DNA of 32,000 nucleotides, taken from contig CP178758.1 of assembly GCA_047651235.1 (NCBI GenBank), positions 480,001 through 512,000 of the forward strand, in the 5' to 3' direction. Positions 10,720 through 18,467 of this stretch are shown here, one piece after another. The notes under the pieces were generated by a model, which ran no database searches, was not told where the DNA came from, and saw only the letters and a list, made by a program, of their open reading frames with translations. Source of the DNA: Candidatus Electrothrix yaqonensis (GTDB lineage: Bacteria > Desulfobacterota > Desulfobulbia > Desulfobulbales > Desulfobulbaceae). Numbering within the stretch: the stretch's first letter is position 1; the number at the start of each line of letters is the position of its first letter. The position numbers and the translations under genes were made by a program.

Positions 10720-11535
10720 ATGAAGAGAATCCTCTCCCCCGGTGAAAACCGCCGGATCGCCCGGGCCATGCTGGACTACAGCATGCTGTCCCATGCCGAC
10801 CGGGTACTGATTGCGGTTTCCGGCGGCATCGATTCTCTGGTCCTTGCCTGGGTGCTGCAAAACTGGCGGAACAAGGCCCCGATCGATTATGCGGTGCAGG
10901 CTGTGTATGTGGATATGCAGCCTTCGGCTTCGGACAGGCAGAGCGGAGGAAGGGCCGGGCAGGTTGCAGACAGGCTTGCCGCGCTGGGACTCTCCTGTAT
11001 GATGCTGTCTGAACACCAACCGACACAATCGGCTTTGCAGCAGACTGCCGGTGCTGCATCTGCTGCATCGGGTGTTTGTTTTCAATGCGCCCGCAACCGG
11101 CGGCGGCAGCTTTTTGCCTATGCCCGCCAAGAAGGGTACAGCAAAATTGCCCTGGGCCATCATCGGGACGACATCGTCGAAACCTTTTTTATCAACCTCA
11201 CCTGCAGCGGGAATATCAGCACCATGCGGCCCAGGCAGGAGCTTTTTTCCGGCCGCCTTGCTCTGATCCGGCCGCTGGCTTATCTGAAAAAGGAAGAGAT
11301 CAGGGCCATCGGCAGGCGGCTCGGTCTTGAAGCCGTGCCGTCTGACTGTCCTTTGTCCGAGCAGACCCGGCGTCTGGAGATCAGAGCACTGCTGGACAGG
11401 ATGTATCAGCAGTTTCCCGGCAGCCGGGACCATATTTTTTCCGCCCTCGGTAACGTCCGACAGGATTACCTGCTCCTTCAGGAAGGGGAAGAAAAAAGGA
11501 AAGCGGAACGCCGTATGCCTGCCGGGGACTCCTGA
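10720..11535 (+). CDS. PP-loop ATPase, TtcA-like tRNA 2-thiocytidine synthetase family
   Basis: PP-loop SGGIDS, CFQCARNRRR (CxxC), IALGHHRDDIVETFFINL and LIRPLAYLKKEEI match the TtcA/TilS-type adenine nucleotide alpha-hydrolase pattern. Confidence 0.75.
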   Translation: MKRILSPGENRRIARAMLDYSMLSHADRVLIAVSGGIDSLVLAWVLQNWRNKAPIDYAVQAVYVDMQPSASDRQSGGRAGQVADRLAALGLSCMMLSEHQPTQSALQQTAGAASAASGVCFQCARNRRRQLFAYARQEGYSKIALGHHRDDIVETFFINLTCSGNISTMRPRQELFSGRLALIRPLAYLKKEEIRAIGRRLGLEAVPSDCPLSEQTRRLEIRALLDRMYQQFPGSRDHIFSALGNVRQDYLLLQEGEEKRKAERRMPAGDS

Positions 11536-11619
11536 CTGTTTGAACCCCGATCCGGTTTCGGACAGGCTGCCGACACGGCTAAGTGTATTTACATCAACAT
11601 ATTTATTTTATAAACTATT

Positions 11620-12270
11620 ATGAACCAGGCAAGTATAGAAACAGCGTACAATAAATACTCAGGTGTATATGATAGGATATTCGGTCGGGTATTTGAAAAC
11701 GGTCGCAATAAGGCGGTTCAGATGATTCCTTTGAGCGGCCAGGAAAGGATACTGGAAGTCGGGGTAGGGACAGGGATAAGTCTGACCAAATATCCCAGAA
11801 CTGTCGGCGTGGTCGGGATTGACCTTTCCGAAGATATGCTGAAAAAAGCACAGGAACGAGTGGAACGGTATGCCTTGACAAATGTGGAGCTGCTGTTGGC
11901 AAACGCTGAAGAAATGTCCTTTCAGCGGAACCATTTTGACAAAGTCATCATTATGTATGTGCTGTCTGTGACACCCAACCCGGAGATTCTGCTTGAAAAA
12001 GCACTGGACGTATGCAAGGAGGGCGGAGAGGTTATTATAGTCAATCATTTCAGCGAAAAAAAGCTGTTTAAAAAGTTGAGCAGTTCTGAATTGTCGCGAA
12101 GAATTGAGCGAAGGCTGGGATTCAGGGTCTATTTTCCGATGAAAAAATACATTGAGCACATCAACACCTTGGGCCACTCCTGTACTGATGTGAAATCAGC
12201 AAACTACGGCTTATCCAAGATCATTAAGATCAAAAAGAACGGAGTTGGCGTTTATGCGGACAACGCTTGA
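11620..12270 (+). CDS. class I SAM-dependent methyltransferase
   Basis: Motif I ILEVGVGTGISL, post-I IDLSEDML and FDKVIIMYVL, giving a Methyltransf_11/25-like layout. 216 aa. Confidence 0.8.
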   Translation: MNQASIETAYNKYSGVYDRIFGRVFENGRNKAVQMIPLSGQERILEVGVGTGISLTKYPRTVGVVGIDLSEDMLKKAQERVERYALTNVELLLANAEEMSFQRNHFDKVIIMYVLSVTPNPEILLEKALDVCKEGGEVIIVNHFSEKKLFKKLSSSELSRRIERRLGFRVYFPMKKYIEHINTLGHSCTDVKSANYGLSKIIKIKKNGVGVYADNA

Positions 12271-13150
12271 CTGCCTGGTTTGTTTTATGCGCCAAGCCCG
12301 GTCTATCGGCCTGCTGACCACGGATAATCCGGCATATCAGCGGCAGCTGCTTGATACCACAGGCCGTTTTATCGAACAGATGGATGAAAATCTGTCACCG
12401 CCGGAAAATGCTGCGCCGCTTTATCAGCTTTTTGCCGGAGTACTGGGAACGGATGACCCGTTTGCCCGGATCAAACAGGAGAGCACGGCCTTTGCCCTGT
12501 CCCTGAAAGAGGAGCTGAAACAGCGGATTTGTGCTGCCGATGATCCGCTGCGGGCCGCGATCCGGGTGGCAATCGGCGGCAATATTATTGATTACGGTGC
12601 CCTGCACAGCTTTGATGCGGCAGCCACCATGCAGCAATGTTTTGACCAGGAATTTGTCGTGGATGATTATCCGGCCCTGCTGGCTGCCTTGGAGAAATCA
12701 GAACCGGAAGTGCTGTATCTCTGCGACAACTGCGGCGAAACCGTTTTTGACGGCCTGCTGATTGAACAGCTGCAGGTACGCGGCTGCCGGGTCACGACTG
12801 CAGTACGGGAATTGCCCATTATCAACGATGCTACCCTGGAAGACGCCCGCGCTGCCGGATTGGATAAACTCTGTCCGGTGATCAGCAGCGGCAGCGATTG
12901 TCCCGGTACTCCGCTTGCCCGCTGCAATGAGGGGTTCCTGGAACGCTTCCGCTCAGCCGACCTGATCATCAGCAAGGGGATGGGCAATTTTGAAACCCTG
13001 TCCGAGGAACCGGGGCCGATCTATTTTCTTTTTACAGTCAAATGCACGCAGGTTGCCCGGCATCTCACCAAGCGGCAGCAGCTTGCTCCGGGTACCCTGA
13101 CTGGAGCAGGAGAAATGGTGCTGCTGCGCCAGAAGCTGCCGTCGTCCTGA
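12254..13150 (+). CDS. DUF89 (ARMT1-like, damage-control phosphatase) family protein
   Basis: N-terminus LDCLVCFMRQA, central LCDNCGETVFDGLLIEQL, C-terminus IISKGMGNFETL are the DUF89 metal-site motifs. ATG 12254 overlaps the methyltransferase 3' end by 17 nt. Confidence 0.75.
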   Translation: MRTTLDCLVCFMRQARSIGLLTTDNPAYQRQLLDTTGRFIEQMDENLSPPENAAPLYQLFAGVLGTDDPFARIKQESTAFALSLKEELKQRICAADDPLRAAIRVAIGGNIIDYGALHSFDAAATMQQCFDQEFVVDDYPALLAALEKSEPEVLYLCDNCGETVFDGLLIEQLQVRGCRVTTAVRELPIINDATLEDARAAGLDKLCPVISSGSDCPGTPLARCNEGFLERFRSADLIISKGMGNFETLSEEPGPIYFLFTVKCTQVARHLTKRQQLAPGTLTGAGEMVLLRQKLPSS

Positions 13151-13253
13151 TCGGCAGTATTTTTTTTCATCTTTATCAAATTCTTATTTCACCACATAAA
13201 TGTTCGGCAGCGTCATGCCGGACGGGCATCAGGGTGGCTGGGTCTCGAACCAC

Positions 13254-13315
13254 TTGCTCTCTGAAGAGAATCCGTTATAATCTCTGCCCGTACTATTTTG
13301 TGATATATATTGTGA
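13254..13315 (+). promoter_or_regulatory. candidate sigma-70 promoter plus direct-repeat operator upstream of the GltD-like gene
   Basis: TTGCTC (13254-13259), 16 nt spacer, perfect TATAAT (13276-13281). Downstream lies TTGTGA-TATATA-TTGTGA (13298-13315), inside the predicted leader. Confidence 0.4.
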
Positions 13316-13347
13316 CAGATAAACCAACAGAGTTTGCAGGAGGAACA

Positions 13348-14775
13348 ATGAAATCGGCAGAACGAATGGCTATTCCCCGTCAGCACCCGCAGGAGCTCGA
13401 CCCGACTGAACGGATAAAAAACTTCAAGGAAGTAACTGCGGGCTATGACGAGGAAACAGCACTGCTCGAAGCTGAACGCTGTCTGCAGTGCAAAAAACCG
13501 TCCTGTATACAGGGCTGCCCGATCCGCAACAATATCCCCGGCTTTATTGCCCTGATCCGGGATAAGAAATTTGAGGAGGCCTACTGGAAGGTGCGGGAGA
13601 CCAGCACCATGCCCTCGGTCTGCTCCCGTGTCTGTCCCCATGAATTTCAGTGTGAAGGCAGCTGTATCCGGGGCAGAAAAGGTGACCCCGTGGCCATCGG
13701 CATGCTGGAACGCTATCTCACGGACTGGATGGTGGCCAACGGTAAATCCATGAATAAGGAATGCGCGGTGCCCAACGGCCGTAAGGTCGCCATTGTCGGG
13801 TCCGGCCCTGCCGGGATAACTGCTGCCTATATTCTCGCGCATGAGGGCTATAAATGCACCATCTACGAGGCCCTGCCCGTGTTCGGCGGCATGCTCTCCG
13901 TGGGCATTCCCCATTACCGCCTGCCCCGCGATATCATCGGCGCGGAACTGGCCTCGCTGAAAAGCTGCGGCGTGGAAATCAAATACGGTATAACCATCGG
14001 CAAGGATAAAACCCTGCAGCAGCTCCGGGATGAAGGATATGAAGCCGTTTTTATGGGGGTCGGGGCGCATGAAGGCCGCAGGCTGAGGATTGAGGGCGAG
14101 GAAACCACGAAGGGCGTCCTGCACGGCGTGGATTACCTGCGCCGGGTGCTGACTGGTGAGACCGTGGATATCGGCAAAAAGGTCGTAGTGGTCGGCGGCG
14201 GCAACGTGGCCATTGACGTGGCCCGGACCGCCCTGCGGACAGGTTCGGACGAGGTCTTCATCCTCTATCGGCGCACCAGAGAGGAGATGCCCGCTTCCGG
14301 CGCCGAGATCCATCATCTGGAAGAAGAAGGCGTGCGGATGGAATTCCTTGCTTCCCCGGTAAAAATTCATGCCGATGAAAACGAAAACAATCAGCTCACC
14401 GGGGTCGAGTGCGTCAGGATGGAACTCGGAGAGCCGGATGATTCCGGTCGGCGCCGCCCGGTGGTGCAGGAGGGCTCAAACTTTATCATCAAGGCTGACT
14501 CCATCATCCCGGCCATCAGCCAGCAGGTGCAGCATGATGCCGACAAGGGCGCTGATCTGCAGCTGGAATCCTGGGGAACCTATGCGGTCAATCCTCGTAC
14601 TTTGCAGACCTCAGTGCCTTGGATTTTTGCCGGAGGCGATGATGTGCTCGGACCGCAGACTGCAGCTAAAGCTGTGTATCAGGGCAAGGTTGCTGCGGAA
14701 TCCATGCAGCGCTTCATGGAAGGCAAGGATCTTGAGGAAGGCCGCAAACTGTCCTGCTATATGGTGGACTGGTAA
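13348..14775 (+). CDS. GltD-family NAD(P)H-dependent oxidoreductase (glutamate synthase small-subunit / NfnB / SudA-like)
   Basis: N-terminal Fe-S Cys motifs (CLQCKKPSCIQGCP, CSRVCPHEFQCEGSC) and two Rossmann motifs (VAIVGSGPAGITAA, VVVVGGGNVAIDVA). AGGAGGAACA sits directly upstream of ATG 13348. The upstream part of the track ORF (13042) is not coding-like. Confidence 0.85.
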   Translation: MKSAERMAIPRQHPQELDPTERIKNFKEVTAGYDEETALLEAERCLQCKKPSCIQGCPIRNNIPGFIALIRDKKFEEAYWKVRETSTMPSVCSRVCPHEFQCEGSCIRGRKGDPVAIGMLERYLTDWMVANGKSMNKECAVPNGRKVAIVGSGPAGITAAYILAHEGYKCTIYEALPVFGGMLSVGIPHYRLPRDIIGAELASLKSCGVEIKYGITIGKDKTLQQLRDEGYEAVFMGVGAHEGRRLRIEGEETTKGVLHGVDYLRRVLTGETVDIGKKVVVVGGGNVAIDVARTALRTGSDEVFILYRRTREEMPASGAEIHHLEEEGVRMEFLASPVKIHADENENNQLTGVECVRMELGEPDDSGRRRPVVQEGSNFIIKADSIIPAISQQVQHDADKGADLQLESWGTYAVNPRTLQTSVPWIFAGGDDVLGPQTAAKAVYQGKVAAESMQRFMEGKDLEEGRKLSCYMVDW

Positions 14776-14849
14776 AAGGCGGAAGAAAAGCCTGCCCGAA
14801 TATGCTGATCTGCTGAATTCAGCGGAGTGAAATAGTGAAATAAACAAAA

Positions 14850-14927
14850 TGGTCGGGGCGGTAGGATTCGAACCTACGACCTCCTGCTCCCAAGGCAGGC
14901 ACGCTAACCAGGCTGCGCTACGCCCCG
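14850..14927 (-). tRNA. tRNA-Pro (anticodon UGG), CCA encoded
   Basis: The reverse complement folds as CGGGGCG-TA-GCGC-AGCCTGGTTA-GCGT-G-CCTGC-CTTGGGA-GCAGG-AGGTC-GTAGG-TTCGAAT-CCTAC-CGCCCCG-A-CCA (78 nt). This is a full cloverleaf with TGG in the anticodon loop. Confidence 0.95.
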
Positions 14928-14968
14928 ACATTTTACCGGAATGAGAATACCGATAAAAGTGAAGGTTC

Positions 14969-14997
14969 AATGTAATATTGAAGCGCATTTCCTGCAA
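14969..14997 (-). promoter_or_regulatory. candidate promoter of tRNA-Pro
   Basis: On the minus strand, TTGCAG (14997-14992), 17 nt spacer, TACATT (14974-14969), about 40 nt upstream of the tRNA 5' end. Confidence 0.35.
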
Positions 14998-15055
14998 TCT
15001 TTTTTTGTTCAACAGCTGTTTTTTGCCTCAGGTCAGCGTCCGGGACGCTGATACG

Positions 15056-15268
15056 GCCCGAAATCAGACGGTGGAGATTGCAGAACGTACCTTGGCCCTG
15101 GACACAGCCTTTGCCTTGCCCCGGTCTGCGGTGAGCTTTGAAACGGTCTTTGTGGTGAAGGACAACCGACTCCATACCCGCAAGGTGGAGGTCGCCGGGA
15201 TGCAGATGCAGAACGGCATGGCCTTAGTCCGGATTGAAGAACCGAAGAGCAGCAGGGCGGAGGAATGA
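15056..15268 (+). pseudogene. C-terminal remnant of an RND-efflux periplasmic adaptor (membrane fusion protein)
   Basis: ARNQTVEIAERTLALDTAFALPRSAVSFETVFVVKDNRLHTRKVEVAGMQMQNGMALVRIEEP matches the last beta-barrel/membrane-proximal segment of HlyD/AcrA-family adaptors (..vP.sAv......vfVv.d......r.V..G......v.i). There are no upstream domains. An 8-bp palindrome (15033-15051) sits at the break. Confidence 0.5.
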
Positions 15269-15294
15269 GAAAGCTGCCAGGGGGGAAGAAAAGG

Positions 15295-15363
15295 ATGAAG
15301 ACGGTGGGCAATGTGGAGATTCCCCTGTCCGCGTTTTTGTCGGTACTCAAGTCGGAGCAGTAA
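15295..15363 (+). CDS. 22-codon upstream ORF abutting the STAND ATPase start
   Basis: GGGGGAAGAAAAGG then ATG 15295, encoding MKTVGNVEIPLSAFLSVLKSEQ. Its TAA is immediately followed by ATG 15364 (TAAATG). No homology recognised. Confidence 0.25.
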   Translation: MKTVGNVEIPLSAFLSVLKSEQ

Positions 15364-18300
15364 ATGAACAAACCATTTTTCGCCGGGCGCACGGCAGACC
15401 TTGATCAGCTCACAGCATTGGCAGAGCAGGCCTTTGCCGGAAAGGCGCAGATCGCTTTTATCACCGGTGAGGCAGGCATGGGCAAGAGTGCTCTGGCCTG
15501 CGAACTGCTGCGCCGTGTGCAGGAAAAGCAGGAGAATGCGGTTGCCGCCTGCGGTAAATGCACGGTGCGGGAGGCCAGTTATCTCCCCTTCCGCACTATA
15601 CTGGAACAGCTCAGCGGCAGCGAAAAGCAGGTGCAGGAATCCGGCGGCAAGTTAAGGAAAGTGGCAGAATTTACGGTCGAAACGGTCTGGACGGTCGGCC
15701 CTGAACTCATCGGTATTTTCGGCACCCCGATCAAGGCCCTGCAGAAGGTGGTCGAAAAGCAGGGACTGCGGAGCGGAACAACCGCGCCAGCTGTCACCAC
15801 GCCGCAGGATCTGAATCCGCAGCAGATTTACGGCTGGTACACCAAGATCATGCAGGAAGTTTCGGCCAAATTTCCTCTGCTGCTCTTTCTTGATGATCTC
15901 CACTGGGCCGATGAATCTTCTCTGAACCTGCTCTTCCACCTCGGCCGCGAGCTGGAAAACCGCAGAATCTTCCTGATCGCCACCTTCCGTCCCCATGAAA
16001 TTTCTGAGCGGCTTGCTGAAATAAAGAACCGACTTGAGCGGTATGGTGCACGGGAATTCTCCCTCGATGTTTCAACAGAAGGAGAAAAGGATGTCGTTAA
16101 AATTCGGGACTTTGTCCACTCCTTTCTGACGGAAAAATACGGAACAAATTTTTCCGGCCAGTTCGAGCAGCTTTTGGCGGAACGCACCCGGGGAAATGCC
16201 CTTTTTCTTGCCGAGCTGCTGAAAAATATGGAGGAAAAAGGGCAGCTCACCTGCGAGAAGCAGAATGGGATGGTCGTCCGCTGTCATCTTGCGGAAGGGC
16301 TTGACGAACATGTCGCTTTGCCTGGGAAAATCGAGGCGGTCCTGCGGGAGCGGGTTGACCGGCTGGACAAGGATTTGCAGGAACCGCTGACCGTCGCTAG
16401 TGTGCAGGGCGATGATTTTCTTGTCCAGGTGGTTGCCAAAATTCAGCAGACTGATTGCTGGGAATTGATCGATACCCTGAGCAAAGAGCTGATGAACCGG
16501 CATCAGCTGATTTATGACCGGGACGGAAAGGATCTGGCCAACGGCAATCGGGTGCATGTCTTTTCCTTTCGGCATAATCTGCTGCGGCAATACGTGTACG
16601 ACAGGATTCCGAAAGCAAAAAAGGAGCATCTTCATGCCGAAACCGGCGCGCGTCTGGAGGAGCTGCATCAGCCGGATGCCGATGAGATTGCCGGAGTGCT
16701 GGCTGTTCACTTCCATCACGGGCATGTGCTGCCCAAAGCTGTTGCGTATTCGCTGAAAGCGGCGGAGAACGCCAATATCCGGTACGGCACTGCCGAGGCC
16801 GTGCGTTGCGCGGGCATGGGGCTGGAGGCTCTGGAACAGGGGAAACGCAATTTTTCTCTGCAGGAATATCTGGAAAATAAAATCAGGCTGGTGATTGAGC
16901 TAGCAAAGGCGGAGGAATATGGTGGTGATCCGCAGGAGAAGAAAGATCATATTCAGTTTGGGATAAAATTACTTGAAGAGCATCTGCCATTGGTGGAACA
17001 GGTTGCGGAAAAAGTGCAGGCGGATTTTTATACCGAGTTTGGTAGGCTGTATTATAGAAAAGGAGGAAAACAGCAGGAAGCAAAAACTTGGTTTGAAAAG
17101 GCTTTGCTTCTGTATGAAAGGAATGAAGACCAAAAGCAAGCTGCTGAATTATGCTATCTTCTTGGAGACATCTATCAGTTCATTTTGTCTTCTTCAGGCA
17201 ACCAGACTCCTCTTGAACAGAGTATAGCTGTTTTACAGAAAGGACTCAGCATTGCCGAACAGATACAAGATATGCCTTTGCAGTCAAGAATATTGAGTCG
17301 ATTAACTTGGCGGTTAGGAAAGAAAAATATTTCAACAAGCAAAATGTATGCGCAGCAGGCATTGACTCTGTCAAGAGCCTCTAAAAATCATTATGCGGAA
17401 ACACGAGCCCTTGCTGCAATGGCATATGTTTGCAGAAGACGTACCCAACAAAAAACTTCAGTAATATATTTGAAAAAAGCGTTGGATATAGCAAGAAAAA
17501 CGGGAAACTCAATAACTGAATCAGAGATATTGAATGATATCGGTTTTGATTGCAGTGACTATATGTCCATAAAAAATGAAGGGCAACGTGCATACAAAGA
17601 AAGCCTTGCTGTAAAAGAAAAAATAGGAACAAAAAAGATATTTTCTTTAAATAACTTAGGGTGGAGTTTTGCAAAGCAGGGAAAATGGAACAAGGCAAAA
17701 TCGTGCCTGATGGAGGCAATTGAACAATCCAGTGAACGAGAAACTAGTCAGTCCCACTATCAATATAAGATAGGAAGAGTGTATATGTTTCAAGAGAAAT
17801 ACGAACAGGCTGAACCTATATTCTTGCACCGAATTAAAATTATTGAAAAATACAAGTTAAGCTATCCAGTAGTATTTATATGCACAGCTCAAAACTATGC
17901 AAAACTAGACAAAAAGATCGAAAGCAAAAAATTACTGACGATCTCTTTTGAAAAATACAAGGCCGTAAGCGGTCCTAACACGAAAGCATCATATCTCCAC
18001 GAATACGCAGAAACCTGCCGCCTTCTCAAAGAATACGAAACAGCCCGATCCGCCTGCAAAAAATCTCTTACATGGCTCCTCAACAACGCCGAAGATCCGG
18101 ATGACTACCAGCCTGTCGCCGAGGCCCGCCTGATCATGGGCAAAATCCTTGTGGACATGCAGTCCTTCCGGGAAGCTCTCCCCTACCTCGAAAAAGCAAA
18201 AGCCGCCTTTGCCATCGGCAGACACTACGCCCTCGGCGAAACCATGCTCTATCTCGGCAAAGCCCATCTGGAACTGAACCACGGCCAAAAGGGAAAAGAG

Positions 18301-18393
18301 CTGCTCATCCGCGCTCTGACGGAATTCCAGCGTCTTGGATTGCGCAAAAAAGAGGCGGAAGCGAGAAGGCTGCTGGGGCTGCGGAGGCAATAA
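15364..18393 (+). CDS. STAND-type P-loop NTPase (AAA_16-like) with C-terminal TPR-like array; no recognisable effector domain
   Basis: FAGRTADLDQL...ITGEAGMGKSALACELL (Walker A) and PLLLFLDDLHWADESSLNLL (Walker B) give a MalT/AAA_16-type layout. The C-terminal half consists of TPR-like repeats (e.g. EAKTWFEKALLLYERNED, KAKSCLMEAIEQS, ALPYLEKAKAAFAIGRHYALGETMLYLGKAH). 1009 aa. Confidence 0.85.
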   Translation: MNKPFFAGRTADLDQLTALAEQAFAGKAQIAFITGEAGMGKSALACELLRRVQEKQENAVAACGKCTVREASYLPFRTILEQLSGSEKQVQESGGKLRKVAEFTVETVWTVGPELIGIFGTPIKALQKVVEKQGLRSGTTAPAVTTPQDLNPQQIYGWYTKIMQEVSAKFPLLLFLDDLHWADESSLNLLFHLGRELENRRIFLIATFRPHEISERLAEIKNRLERYGAREFSLDVSTEGEKDVVKIRDFVHSFLTEKYGTNFSGQFEQLLAERTRGNALFLAELLKNMEEKGQLTCEKQNGMVVRCHLAEGLDEHVALPGKIEAVLRERVDRLDKDLQEPLTVASVQGDDFLVQVVAKIQQTDCWELIDTLSKELMNRHQLIYDRDGKDLANGNRVHVFSFRHNLLRQYVYDRIPKAKKEHLHAETGARLEELHQPDADEIAGVLAVHFHHGHVLPKAVAYSLKAAENANIRYGTAEAVRCAGMGLEALEQGKRNFSLQEYLENKIRLVIELAKAEEYGGDPQEKKDHIQFGIKLLEEHLPLVEQVAEKVQADFYTEFGRLYYRKGGKQQEAKTWFEKALLLYERNEDQKQAAELCYLLGDIYQFILSSSGNQTPLEQSIAVLQKGLSIAEQIQDMPLQSRILSRLTWRLGKKNISTSKMYAQQALTLSRASKNHYAETRALAAMAYVCRRRTQQKTSVIYLKKALDIARKTGNSITESEILNDIGFDCSDYMSIKNEGQRAYKESLAVKEKIGTKKIFSLNNLGWSFAKQGKWNKAKSCLMEAIEQSSERETSQSHYQYKIGRVYMFQEKYEQAEPIFLHRIKIIEKYKLSYPVVFICTAQNYAKLDKKIESKKLLTISFEKYKAVSGPNTKASYLHEYAETCRLLKEYETARSACKKSLTWLLNNAEDPDDYQPVAEARLIMGKILVDMQSFREALPYLEKAKAAFAIGRHYALGETMLYLGKAHLELNHGQKGKELLIRALTEFQRLGLRKKEAEARRLLGLRRQ

Positions 18394-18397
18394 GTAC

Positions 18398-18427
18398 GGG
18401 CGGTTCACGAACCGCCCCTTCTGTTTT
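18398..18427 (+). terminator. rho-independent terminator after the STAND gene
   Basis: GGGCGGTT-CACG-AACCGCCC (8-bp GC-rich stem, 4-nt loop) followed by CTTCTGTTTT, starting 5 nt after the stop codon. Confidence 0.7.
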
Positions 18428-18467
18428 GGAGGCCCCAAACATCACGCAAAAAACGGAACTGTTCACC

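Noticed and set aside
13232-13260. A T-arm-like sequence GGGTCTCGAACC, suggesting a tRNA fragment or att remnant upstream of the GltD-like gene.
   Set aside because: The flanking bases do not form a 5-bp T stem or an acceptor stem in either orientation. The match is too short to be meaningful.
14850-14927. tRNA-Pro as the integration site of the adjacent accessory region.
   Set aside because: The tRNA is on the minus strand, so its 3' end faces the conserved gltD-like side and not the variable region. I saw no duplicated tRNA 3' segment and no integrase. The tRNA is kept only as a boundary marker.
15033-15051. The palindrome TCAGCGTC-CGG-GACGCTGA as a terminator.
   Set aside because: No U-tract follows it on either strand. 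It is noted only as a possible break-point marker at the start of the adaptor remnant.
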